The notes under the pieces are model-generated. The model was not told the origin of the DNA. It did not search any database and saw only the letters and a list, made by a program, of their open reading frames with translations. DNA of 64,000 bases, from positions 4,218,001 through 4,282,000 of the forward strand of contig CM075999.1 in the NCBI GenBank assembly GCA_038087875.1, written 5' to 3'. The DNA is from Malacoraja senta. Taxonomy: Eukaryota. Below, piece by piece: positions 12,721 through 24,690 of this stretch; the first letter of the stretch is position 1, and each line of letters opens with the position of its first letter. Made by a program: the position numbers and the translations under genes.

Positions 12721-15681
12721 ATAAGTTCAGCCAATCATGCAGAGGATGTACTTCACCAGAAATGGGATGAGTTAGCAGAGACCTGCTTTTGGGAACCGTC
12801 ATGATAGGTTCTACAATCATGCCCAGTACCATGGCTGAGTGGGCCAGTCAGGGACTACCAGAACACCGGAGGCAGAGTCCTGCAGAATTTTTTGCAGACA
12901 TCGACTGACAAGGCAGAATGGGGGGAATGCATAGAAAGACATTCCACCCCAATGTAGCGAGAACGCGTCTACTGCTACTGCCCCTGGGTCTGGTACCCAT
13001 GCAACACACTTCGGTAACTGATGATTTAATCTTGAAGCGAACAAATCCATATCCAGTGTTCCATATCTAGACACAATATTCTTAAACATTCTATGATTCA
13101 ACATCCATTCTGTGTTGTCATTGAATTTACGTGACCTGGTGTCCGCCACCGTGTTGAACCTACCTGGGAGGTAGGTAGCTGAAACCCAAATATTACGAAT
13201 GATGCACCAGTGCCAAACGAGGTTAGCCAATTTATCACAGGATACTGATCTGATTCCACCCATGTAGATATATAGATACATAGAAAATAGGTGCAGGAGT
13301 AGGCCATTCGGCCCTTCGAGCCTACACCGCCATTCAATATGATCATGGCTGATCATCCAACTCAGTATCCCGTACCTGCCTTCTCTCCATACCCCCTGAT
13401 CCCTCATCTAACTCCCTCTTAAATATAGCCAATGAACTGGCCTCAACTACCCTCTGTGGCAGAGAGTTCCAGAGATTCACCACTCTCTGTGTGAAAAAGT
13501 TTTTCCTCATCTCGGTCTTAAAGGATTTCCCCCTTATCCTTAAGCTGTGACCCCTTGTCCTGGACTTCCCCAACATCGGGAACAATCTTCCTGCATCTAG
13601 CCTGTCCAACCCCATAAGAATTTTGTACGTTTCTATAAGTCCTGACATCCCAGGAATCAGTCTGGTGAACCTTCTCTGCACTCCCTCTATGGCTATAATG
13701 TCCTTCCTCAGATTTGGAGACCAAAACTGTACGCAATACTCCAGGTGTGGTCTCACCAAGACCCTGTACAACTGCAGTAGAATCTCCCTGCTCCTATACT
13801 CAAATCCTCTTGCTATGAAAGACAACTTACCATTCGCTTTCTTCACTGCCTGCTGCACCTGCATGCCTACTTTCAATGACTGGTGTACCATGACACCCAG
13901 GTCTCGCTGCATCTCCCCATTTCCTAATCGGCCACCATTTAGATAATAGTCTGCCTTCCCGTTTTTGCCACCAAAGTGGATAACCTCACATTTATCCACA
14001 TTATACTGCATCTGCCAAACATTTGCCCACTCACCCAGCCTATCCAAGTCACCTTGCAGTCTCCTAGCATCCTCCTCACAGCTAACACTGCCCCCCAGCT
14101 TAGTGTCATCCGCAAACTTGGAGATGTTGCTTTCAATTCCCTCATCCAGTTCATTAATATAAATTGTAAATAGCTGGGGTCCCAGCACTGAGCCTTGCAG
14201 TGCTGATTTATGTATGCCACCGCTGTGGTGTTATCTATCTGTAATTGAACATGCAGATGGTGCATGTGCCCACAATAAGCCTTCAGACCATAGAGGGCTG
14301 CGAGCAATTCCAAATAGTTAATACCATGTACCTGCAGAAAAGATAGTTCATGCACATTCCATCTGCCACCGCAGCTAGAAACGGTGTCAGTGGCACCCCA
14401 CCCTAGAGCACTGGCATCAGTCTGTAAAACAACAGAAGGACTTTTGATTGAGATATTGCCAGAACAATGCAAAATATTGGCTTTCCACCACTGCAGCTCA
14501 GCACTGGCTTCAGCCGGTAATTGCATAGCCCTGTCAAAGTGGCCCGAATTATGTTTAAGTGCCTGCACCTTAGCTCTTTGTAATTGCTGATAGTGCAAAG
14601 GTCCATATTTAGCTGCAGGAAAGGCAGCCACCAATTTACCAATTAAACTGGCCACTTGCTGAATTGAAGGCAGCTGCTGCGTACTAAGATGATCGCAGGC
14701 TTCTATTAACTTCAATCCCTTGCCCTGAGGCAAAGTCACAGACAGGTGATTGGAGTTATCAGTAAATCCTAAATAATCCATAACTGTGGATGGAGTCAAA
14801 CTGGATTTTTCTGGGTGAATTAGGAACCCCAACTTTTCAAATACAAGCTTGGTGGCTGAGACCGCCGAAACAGCCAATTCTAAAGTTTTTCCTACTATGA
14901 GGATATCATCCAAATAAGCCATTACTATGTGTTTTTGCGCTCGTAATAGAGCAAGAGCAGATTTCAATATTTTAGTGAATAACCTGGGAGCTGAGGATAA
15001 CCCATTAGGCTAGGGTTTAAACTGCCATAGCTACCCCATCCAGTAAAATTTTAGGTATTTTCTGTGGTCCTTATGAACAGGCACCGAGTAATAAGCATCT
15101 TTAAGATCGATGCATGCCATGTAACATCCCTTGGAAATCAATTGTTTGGCATTAACAAAGCTTTCCATTTTGAAATGTTTGTACTGCACATAGGTGTTGA
15201 GTTGGGTCAGGTCCAAGATGATGCGGCACCCCCCATCCTTCTTTTGCCTAGTGAATATGTTAGATACAAATTGGTGAGGTTCATAATTAGATTTTTCAAT
15301 TACCCTTTTTGCACAAAATTTCTCTATTTCAGCCTGAACCTCCAAACCATCCTGTTTTGAATGAACAAAGGTACGGTTTGGGGCATGCTGCGTGGGTGGC
15401 AGTGAGCCAGAGAACTCAATTTTGAACCCATCTATACTGAGCAGTATGAACAAGTCAGATGTTATCCACCACCATTCATGCAAAAAGAAACGTAACCTAC
15501 CACCAACATGCAATAGACCCACACCCCGTATGTTCCATAGCGAACCAGACCCACCTACCTCCGTAGTTATTGGTGGATTCTGGACGTTCATTTTCTCCCC
15601 CGATGTTTGGGGAATTGAGGTGCTGGAGTGCGCCAGCTGCGCATCTTCGTTGTCGGCCGGCTTGGGCCATGTCCTAAAAAA
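12720..15681 (-). pseudogene. DIRS ORF2: RT-RNaseH-DNA adenine methyltransferase-like; premature stops near 15010-15033; interrupted by CR1
   Basis: VGGRL, KKDGGCRIILDL, IDLKDAYY, AYLDD, TDAS..GWGA, DNTTAVAYIN|MGG, DLFASRLN, YAFPPF, VVPDWPTQPWY. Confidence 0.9.
13265..14203 (-). mobile_element. 5'-truncated CR1 LINE inserted in DIRS RNaseH
   Basis: ORF 13343..14188; near-identical to CR1 at 1-2847; splits DIRS peptide AYIN(H)|MGG. Confidence 0.95.
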
Positions 15682-16798
15682 AACTTCCGGCCGGTTCGTT
15701 CGGTCCTCGAGCTGGAGGTGGTTTCTGCAGACCGTCTGGTGCTGGTAGCGGTATAGGGGTGTTGGCGTTGAAATGACGACTGTCGGTTCACTGGTGGAGC
15801 CTGAAGTAGCCCCACAGCCTTCGACTCGTCGTCGAGTTCCTTCACCTGCTTCGACAGGTCTTCTCCAAACAGCAAATTGGGCGGCTGCACATTGCTGGGC
15901 TTGCACAACCTCGCAAACTTGGGGTTGAGAACGGGGCGAATGGCATTCTTGTGAAAGCAATTAATTTCAAAGTGTGCATTGCACAACAATGCCATTGCGT
16001 CCCGTTGCGCCTCAGATAAAGCGCTGCCGTCCACAGACCTGGCGAATGCTGTCACCCCCGACGCCAGCAGATTTAGAATTCTTTGAAGCTTGACCACTTG
16101 AGTCTTAATCCCACCACCAATGTAGCTCCAAATGGAACTATTCACCGACGGTACCTTGAGGGAGGTGCAGTTGCTGGGCGTGTGGTACCTGAGGGCTGTC
16201 TCCATCATCACCTGCTCATGGAGCTGGTGGGAAGCGAGGTAATTAATACTGGCCGCCAGCTCTTCGTCCAGCGGCTCCCCATCCAGCAACGGCATAGCGA
16301 ACTTGGAGACCATAGATGGCACCTCTGCTGCTCGCTGGTCTCGTGTAGAGGGACGCTCCTTCTCACTACAAAGCGAGTTCGCCCAGGACTGGTGGTCTAC
16401 ACTCCCATCTTCGGATGGGGAGACGTAATGCAACCCTGCACCAGGCGCTGCTGCGGGCCCCCGAGACCCGCTCTGATATGACTCCAGCATATCATGTTGG
16501 AGCATCTTCTCCATCATATGCTCAACTCGGGAAAGGCGTCCGACAACGCTCCCCGTTGGAGGAGGCGAACCCTCCCGGCCGGACTCATCGGAGTCTACCG
16601 GCCGGATAGACTTGCACTTGGCTTTCCTGCCCCGCGGAGTAGCCACAGTGCTGTCCATGGGCACCGAGCCCAAAGTCGCTGGCTGTAGTGTGAGCGACCG
16701 CGAAGGTCAACGGACTGCCGCCCGCTGACCGCACTCGCGCGGTTTTCAGAAGCGGTTCTCCCTGCGGCCCGTCGAGACTTTACCCTCGCGTTATCCAT
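15588..16798 (-). pseudogene. DIRS ORF1 (gag-like); one frameshift near 16600-16670
   Basis: ORF 15588..16673 (PSNCTSLKVPSVN, LLFGEDL motifs); probable ATG at 16798 in ORF 16595..17014. Confidence 0.8.
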
Positions 16799-17190
16799 AG
16801 TAGTCCGTTCTTGAGCTGTAACAAGAACGGAAGACAAACTACCACAGACTAAGTTCAAGAACTTACCTGTAGGTCCTTTAAAACTTACCGCTGGTGGAGC
16901 CATGCGCCAACAGCCAGTCAGAGCGACATGCTTAGAAGTAATGACGCGCATGCGTGCTGACGGGTTCTTCACGTAAAACAGAATATAGAGGCTACATTGC
17001 AAGATGCAAACCACTGGTTAGCCACAAAAATAGGATGGCCAGGTTACAGTTTGCCTGGAAGTACTTATAAAAGAGCAACCACAGCTCTTGAAAACGGTCT
17101 TGTGGACAGATGAGACAAAGATTAACTTATATCAGAGTGATGGCAAAAGCAAAGTATGGAGGAGAGAAGGAACTGCCCAAGATCCAAAGC

Positions 17191-19028
17191 ATGTGAAGAG
17201 AAAGAGATTAGTTAAAACAAATGTAGGTCCCTTGCAGTCAGAAACAGGTGAATTGATCATGGGGAACAAGGATATGGCGGACCAATTGAATAACTACTTT
17301 GGTTCCGTCTTCACTAAGGAAGACATAAATAATCTGCCGGAAATAGCAGGGGACCGCGGGTCAAAGGAGATGGAGGAACTGAGTGAAATCCAGGTTAGTC
17401 GGGAAGTGGTGTTGGGTAAATTGAATGGATTAAAGGCCGATAAATCACTAGGGCCAGATAGGCTGCATCCCAGAGTACTTAAGGAAGTAGCTCCAGAAAT
17501 AGTGGATGCATTAGTGATAATTTTTCAAAACTCTTTAGATTCTGGAGTAGTTCCTGAGATTGGAGGGTAGCAAACGTAACTCCACTTTTTAAGAAGGGGA
17601 GGAGAGAGAAAACGGAGAATTACAGACCAGTTAGTCTAACATCGGTAGTGGGGAAACTGCTAGAGTCAGTTATTAAAGATGGGATAGCAGCACATTTGGA
17701 AAGTGGTGAAATCATTGGACAAAGTCAGCATGGATTTACGAAAGGTAAATCATGTCTGACGAATCTTATAGAATTTTTCGAGGATGTAACTAGTAGAGTG
17801 GATAGGGGAGAACCAGTGGATGTGTTGTATCTGGACTTTCAGAAGGCTTTTGACAAGGTCCCACATAAGAGATTAGTATACAAACTTAAAGCACACAGTA
17901 TTGGGGGTTCAGTATTGATGTGGATAGAGAACTGGCTGGCAAACAGGAAGCAAAGAGTAGGAGTAAACGGATCCTTTTCACAATGGCAGGTAGTGACTAG
18001 TGGGTACCACAAGGCTCAGTGCTGGGACCCCAGCTATTTACAATTTATATTAATGAACTGGATGAGGGAATTGAAGGCAACATCTCCAAGTTTGCGGATG
18101 ACACTAAGCTGGGGGGCCAGTGTTAGCTGTGATGAGGATGCTAGGAGACTGCAAGGTGACTTGGATAGGCTGGGTGAGTGGGCAAATGTTTGGCAGATGC
18201 AGTATAATGTGGATAAATGTGAGGTTATCCACTTTGGTGGCAAAAACAGGAAAGCAGACTATTATCTAAATGGTGGCCGATTAGGAAAAGGGGATATGCA
18301 GCGAGACCTGGGTGTCATGGTACACCAGTCATTGAAAGTAGGCATGCAGGTGCAGCAGGCAGTGAAGAAAGCAAATGGTATGTTAGCTTTCATAGCAAAA
18401 GGATTTGAGTATAGGAGCAGGGAGGTTCTACTGCAGTTGTACAGGGTCTTGGTGAGACCACACCTGGAGTATTGCGTACAGTTTTGGTCTCCAAATCTGA
18501 GGAAGGACATTATAGCCATAGAGGGAGTGCAGAGAAGGTTCACCAGACTGATTCTCTGATGTCAGGACCTTTCATATGAAGAAAGACTGGATAGACTTGG
18601 CTTATACTCGCTAGAATTTAGGAGATTGAGAGGGGATCTTATAGAAACGTACAAAATTCTTATGGGGTTGGACAGGCTAGATGCAGGAGATTGTTCCCGA
18701 TGTTGGGGAAGTCCAGGACAAGGGGTCACAGCTTAAGGATAAGGGGGAAATCCTTTAAGACCGAGATGAGAAAAAACATTTTCACACAGAGAGTGGTGAA
18801 TCTCTGGAACTCTCTGCCACAGAGGGTAGTTGAGGCCAGTTCATTGGCTATATTTAAGAGGGAGTTAGATGTGGCCCTTGTGGCTAAAGGGATCAGGGGT
18901 ATGGAGAGAAGGCAGGTACGGGATACTGAGTTGGATGATCAGCCATGATCACATTGAATGGCGGTGCAGGCTCGAAGGGCCGAATGGCCTACTCCTGCAC
19001 CTATTTTCTATGTATCTATATATCTATG
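17191..19028 (+). mobile_element. 5'-truncated CR1 LINE inserted in Tc1 transposase
   Basis: Near-identical to 1042-2847; splits Tc1 peptide QDPKH|(H)STSSVKHGG. Confidence 0.95.
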
Positions 19029-19935
19029 CATTCCACCTCATCTGTGAAACACGGTGGTGAGGGTGTTATGGCCTGGGCATGTATGGCTGTTGAAGGTACG
19101 GCTGACTTATCTTCATTGATGATACAACTGCTGATTGTTCAAACCAATGGCCGGCGGTTCATTCTACAGCAAGACAATTATCCCAAACATCCTGCTAAAG
19201 CAACAAAGGAGTTTTTCTAAGCTAAAGAATTGTAAATTCTTGAGTGGCCAAGTCAATCACCTGATCTGAACCCAATTGACCATGCCTTTTATATACTGAA
19301 GACAAATCTGAAGGGGACTAGTCCCCAAAACAAGCATAAGTTAAAGATGGCTGCAATACAGGCATGGCAGAGCATCACCAGAGAAGACACCCAGCAAATG
19401 GTGATGTCCATGAATCGCAGACTTCAAGCAGTCCTTGCATGGAAAGGATAGGCAACAAAATACTAAACATGACTACTTTCATTTACATGACATTGCTGTG
19501 TCCCAAACATTATGGTGCCCTGAAATGGGGGGAACTTATTTATGCCAGAGGAGGGAGTTGAGGCAAAGACTATAACAGCATTTAAAAGATATTTGGACAG
19601 GTGCACAGAAGGGTTTAGAGGGATATGGTCCTAGTTTAGATGGAGCATCATGGCTGGCATGGACGAGTTGGGCTGAGTGGCCTGTTTCTGTGCTGGATGA
19701 TCTATGACTGAGCAAAGCGCACATTTATATCAAGCGTCAACATACTGTGTTCGTTAATTTCCAGATATTACCAGAAACACAAAATTACAGTGTGAAGTAA
19801 ACATTTCATATTGAGAATTAATTGCGAACCAACTTCCATCCTAGTTTGAATTTCTACCTGTTCAGGTGCCACTAACAGCCCACAACATATTGACAAAAGC
19901 GGAGGTTGTGAATTAAATTTGCAGTGACTACTTAC

Positions 19936-20004
19936 CTGCTCTAACTGGTATAATTTATAAAAGTATCGATGCCAAAACTCTGAATGTGATACAGCCGCTG
20001 GCAC
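19936..20004 (-). CDS. BSDC1: BSDC1 exon 7, BSD domain (VPAAVSHSEFWHRYFYKLYQLEQ)
   Basis: cag|...|gtaagt, 69 nt; FWxRYFY BSD signature. Confidence 0.97.
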
Positions 20005-20899
20005 CTGTTCAGGGAAAACAACACATTTACAGCCTGAGTTCAAACACAGCTTTAAACCAACCACTCCAAATAAATCATTAATTGCTTCGTAAATTGGAGG
20101 ATTTAATCATCTCTACTGTCGATGTCTTGCCTTGCTATCTCTTCCCATCTTCAGGTTGCACCACAGCTTGGAACAGACGATTGTAAGCTCAGCTAATTCC
20201 CAGACCTTCAGGGCATCTGGGGTGCGAGCGTATGTATCCAGATGTCACAATGGTCACCTGACCCCATGTGTCAACGTCTGCGGTGCATAAGACCCACTGG
20301 AACACTGAACGTGCCGATTCAGGAGTGGGGTCACACCCCTCTATTTCCCACCTCAACACCATTCTCTGCACCAGCACCATCTTCTTCCATCCCATAATAT
20401 CCAGACATCCAGCGATCTTTGAATTAATTCTTGGGTAAATAATTCTAGATTTGCCAACTTCTGAAGAAGTATTTCCTCATTTCAGTCCTGAGCATCCAAC
20501 CCTGATGAGACTCAGCAGAGGAAACACCTTGTGTATCCAGCCTGAGCAACCCTGAATTTGGTACGTTTCAATACGATTATGCTGCCAAACTGTAGAGAAT
20601 GGCACCGAGGACTTAACACAATTGGCATACAGCTTTCAATTGAACAAACCATGTCCCATTGAACAAATCAGACTCAGTTTGTTTCATTCAGCAAGTGGGA
20701 AACACAAATATTAACAGCCCATTTGTCATATTCTCCTGAGGATAATAAGGTCACAGGATTGCAGATATCACTTGGCGGTGACATCAATGGCAACGTTGAT
20801 GAAGGTATTCAAGGAGGTAATGAACGTTTTGACGAGTTAGGCAGGGTAGCCGCAAGCCGAAAAAGAAATGTAAAAAAGGCTAAATATTAGACACACGGG

Positions 20900-21450
20900 T
20901 GAGATGCCAGATAACTGAAGGGATGCTCATGTTATGCCTCTATTTAGAAGGGATGCGAGGAAAAGCCTGGGAACTAAGACCAGTGACCATAACATCTGTG
21001 ATAGGCATGTTACTGGAGATGATTCTGAGGTATAAAATGTACATGCATTTGGATAGACAAGGGGAGCTCAGAGATAGTCAGCATGGCTTTGTGCGTGGGT
21101 GATCACGACTTACTAATTGAAGTTTTTTTGAAGAAATAACCAAGAAGGTTGACAAGGCCATAGAAGTATCCTTATAATCTTCAACAAAGCCTTTGATTGT
21201 GATCTGCATGATGGGCTGCTCTGGAAAGTTAGATTGCATGGGATTAGGTAGAATGAGGTAACTGGAGTCAAAATGGGCTTCCTGGAAGGAAGCAGAGGGT
21301 GGTGGTGGAAGGTTGTTTTTCAGACTGGAGGTCTGTGGCCCTGCAGAATCCTCTCCAGTAACTCGTCAACCAGAGATGATGGGTTTTCTGGTCTATAGTT
21401 CCAAGGCTTTCCTTACAGCCCTTCTGAAACAGAGGCACAATATTTAAAAA
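20900..21450. mobile_element. Old rearranged CR1 RT fragments
   Basis: RPVTITSV, DSQHGF on plus; VPLFQKG on minus. Confidence 0.65.
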
Positions 21451-22028
21451 ACTATTTCCACAGTGGCTGGAGATAAGGCAGAAGGGGCCTGCTAAACCAT
21501 TCATAACATCTTGGCCTTTTAGCATGAGAACATTGACAACTCGTCAAAAAGCACATTTAAGCTTTGCCCCTGACTCAATACGGGCCAGGGCAGGCAACCA
21601 CATTCTATACGATACAACTAGAGGCAACATTGATGAACATTAGTCCAAGGATCTTTGTTCCAGCCCATGCCATCATTGTGGGCCACTCGGTTTAACCGGC
21701 TGCAGGTTGGGAATTTACTCCGCAGGAACTGGAGTGGAAAACTGCAGCATTCCGTGCTGCTTCATGGCATTCCGGGTGGGAATAAAATCACCATTATAAT
21801 ACATGAAATATAAAAAGCATGAACATGTTCCCTTCACTATGGTCGATACCAAAAGCAATCACAAAACTAGTGACTAACTAATAAATAATTAAAACTATTA
21901 TAATAGCTGTGGCTAAGCCATTTGCAGTTGTTCAAGCAATTTCACATTGAAACTACCTGACAATACAAGTGGGAATGATCCAGTGGTCTCACTGAAAGGA
22001 TCCGATGCATAAGTGAAGCAGTACGCAC

Positions 22029-22144
22029 CATGTTTGTATAAAGCGCACGCACTGAAGGGCTGTTTACCAACAGGTCTGAGATTTCCCCTTTCCGCTCATC
22101 AAGATTAAAACCAGCCACCCACTCATCGTAAAGCTCCAGGGGCC
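22029..22144 (-). CDS. BSDC1: BSDC1 exon 6, BSD domain (GPLELYDEWVAGFNLDERKGEISDLLVNSPSVRALYTNM)
   Basis: cag|...|gtgcgt, 116 nt; inside ORF 21942..22202. Confidence 0.95.
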
Positions 22145-22269
22145 CTGCAGAGAGACAGAACAAGCAGATATTACAAACACACTGCCTGAACACTAATGTC
22201 AAGCTGGGAATTGGGGAAGTACTGTGTTAGCCTGCTGTGTCTGGGGAAAGGGGATGAGAGAGGTTGCTC

Positions 22270-22600
22270 CAATCTACCATTTGTTTAAGAATTTTATGCA
22301 AAATATGAGGTGCTGCTCCTCCAATTTGCGGTGGGACTAACTCTGATCATGGAGGAGGCCCAGGACAGAAAGGTCGGATTCGGAATGGGAGGGGGAGTTG
22401 AAGTGCTGAGCCACCCCTCCCTTCCCAGCTCTCCCACAGCCCACTGTCTCAGCCTCTTCGTTTCTTCCCCCCCCCCCACCCACATCAGTCTGAAGAATGG
22501 TCTCGACCCGAAATGTCATCTATTCTTTCGCTTCATAGATGCTGCCTCACCCGCTGAGTTTCTCAAACATTTTTGTCGACCTCCAATCCATCATTGATTC
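22270..22600. mobile_element. Penelope-like fragment (GIY-YIG C-terminus, minus) plus inverted pLTR piece
   Basis: VAQHFNSPSHSESDLSVLGLLH; CTGAAGA...GAAA core at 22490. Confidence 0.8.
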
Positions 22601-23619
22601 CTCAACTCCCAATCTTCAGCTAAAACAAACCCAAGCATAAAGTTCAGCTTCTCCACAAAAACATGGGGGAGAAAGTGTATGCTGACAGTGTGCGCAGTTT
22701 GATACAAAAAAAGATTTTACATTCCAGCTGAATTATAAGTCACTGAATAACAATTCGTTTTTTGTTTCCCCAATACAGCTAGTTCTGCTATAACACTCAT
22801 TTTCATGATTGGCTAATGTGAAGATGGATTAGGGAATGTTATCTGCATTAAGCAGGCCCAATTAGTTTGAACAAAATTTTGATTGGGAACTAGAGAACCA
22901 TTTAAAAGTTATTTTAGAAATTGACACGCAGTAAAAAAGTTTCTTGAATTCAAACAGAAGAGGGGTAGAACGTGTTTCCATGAATCATCCCTACAGTATT
23001 CCGTACAGACAGCACCCGTAGTCGAGATCAAACGCGAGTCTCTGGCGCTGCATTTGCTGTAAGGCAGCAACTCTAGCAGTGCACCACCGTGACCGCCCGG
23101 TAACGTGATTTTCTACAACAAAGCTTGTTAGGAACCCAACGACCATGTGGTAGCAGAACTGTCTGCAGGTTTTGCAATAACATACAGTGTACAGTGATAA
23201 CTGAGTGATAACCTGCAGCCTGATGGATCAGATCTGAAGCACAAAATACAGAAACCAATGACAAAAAAGGACTGGAACAACTACATCCGGGGCAATGCAC
23301 ACAGCTTTAATCGTGATGCTAGACTAAGAATTTAACCGCACAGCAAAACAACAATGCTCAAAAACATCAGAACAAAAAAAACTTGCTAACACCATTTTAA
23401 TCAGTGAACTCTGAGATGGCTCAAGTTTTGCAGCAAGGCGGCACAGATTATTTCAATTTAAATGCTTGAGTGTGGTGAATATGTGGAAGAGAGAGTGCAA
23501 GAAGCAGAATGGAGGGCAGAAGCAACTCTGAATGGAAATCTCAGAAACAGGCTACAAAGAGGCATCAGCTATTGGGACTGACGAGAGAAGTGTTGTCTTT
23601 TGCAGTTGTACACTTTTCA

Positions 23620-23975
23620 GAGTGAGACAGCACGGAAACAGGCCCTTCAGCCCAACTTGCCCACACCAGCCAACATGTCCCAGCTACACTGCTAGTTCCA
23701 CCTGCCTGCGTTTGGTCCATATCCCTCCAAATCTGTCCTATCCATGTACTTGTCAAACTGTTTCTTAAACATAGGGATAGTCCCAGCCTCAACTACCTCC
23801 TCTGGCAGCTTGTTCCATACACCCACCACCCTTTGTGTGAAAAAGTTACCCCTCAGATTCCTATTTAATCTTTTCCCCTTCACCTTAAACCTATGTCCTC
23901 TGGTCCTCGATTCCCCGACTCTGGGCAAGAGACTCTGTGCATCCACCTGATCTATTCCTCTCACGATTTTATACA
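23620..23975 (-). mobile_element. CR1 3' fragment
   Basis: ORF 23692..23976 SRTRGH..FFTQRVV..WNKLP. Confidence 0.88.
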
Positions 23976-24114
23976 TTTATTTTTTTTAAACAAAAGCACT
24001 TATAGAGTCACAATTATTTCAGTATTTAACATCTACTAACATGGAGTAAACCAAGACAATCCACTAAAATTCTGAGGCTATAACTTGTATCAAGAGGCAT
24101 CTCAAAAGTCTCAC

Positions 24115-24169
24115 CGTCGGGTTCATTGCAGTAGGTGGCAGGATCAGCCTGGAGCGTGTAAAGCCGAGC
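24115..24169 (-). CDS. BSDC1: BSDC1 exon 5 (ARLYTLQADPATYCNEPD)
   Basis: cag|...|gtgaga, 55 nt; conserved DPATYCNEPD. Confidence 0.95.
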
Positions 24170-24522
24170 CTGTAACCAACACATGCGGGTTAGTAAAAAA
24201 ACTGATGCCCACAGTCTGCCCGCCCGCCCGTCAGTCCGAGGGCCTCATGCAGCGCGGGGAGTTTACCCCTCCCTCTCGAACATCACTCAGCATGAGGAGT
24301 TTGCCAGAACCTCTGACCCTCATTCAGCGTAAGGAGTTTGCCCAAAGGGTTAAGGTACTGCACTGGCTACAATACATACAAAATTAATCTTTTGTACTAA
24401 CAGTTGAACAAATGTAAAAACTAGAAACTGCAGGTTTACAAAAATGTACACAAAATGCTGGAGTAACTCAGCGGCTCAGGGACCATCCTTGAACACTGAC
24501 AATTGAAAATGGTTCCATGTAC

Positions 24523-24690
24523 CTTTGTGCTGTCGTAGAGTTCTGTAGTGCCAGAGGGTGTTGCAACCAGTGTGATAACATCACAGTCAATTGTTTTGTC
24601 CGGAGGAGGAGCAAATGTGTCGGACAGGACTCCCAGAATGTTTGATAATCCTTTCTTGACTTGCTGTCCCGCTCCTGTAGATGTTTCTGC
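24523..24690 (-). CDS. BSDC1: BSDC1 exon 4 (AETSTGAGQQVKKGLSNILGVLSDTFAPPPDKTIDCDVITLVATPSGTTELYDSTK)
   Basis: tag|...|gtacat, 168 nt, conserved DKTIDCDVITL motif. Confidence 0.95.

Larger units (their letters stand above)
11230..16978 (-). mobile_element. DIRS1-type tyrosine-recombinase retrotransposon, near full length, decayed
   Basis: gag, RT (YLDD), RNaseH (TDAS, INYLEL, DNTTAV), Dam-like MT, YR; 30-bp ITR 11305-11334/16942-16971; ICR 11451-11563; no TSD. Confidence 0.95.
10531..19535 (+). mobile_element. Tc1-family DNA transposon (IR/DR type), decayed transposase 10909-19466 split in three pieces (to 11229; 16979-17190; from 19029)
   Basis: TA then (C>T)AGTG end; DRs ccataatgtttgggaca near 10539 and 10756, inverted copy near 19500-19516; HTH PKSTVWNII, GRPRK, WTDETK, SVKHGG, FILQQDN, WPSQSPDLNPI, TKY*. 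Confidence 0.92.

Noticed and set aside
12817..14967. Hybrid ORFs 12817..13407 and 13939..14967
   Set aside because: Read-through across the ends of the CR1 inserted in the DIRS
17088..17570. ORF fusing transposase and LINE ORF2 as a novel chimeric protein
   Set aside because: Chance in-frame junction from CR1 insertion into a decayed Tc1; both parts are disrupted
21565..21595. Intronic hairpin TGCCCCTG...CAGGGGCA as a snoRNA
   Set aside because: No correctly placed H/ACA or C/D boxes found on the sense strand
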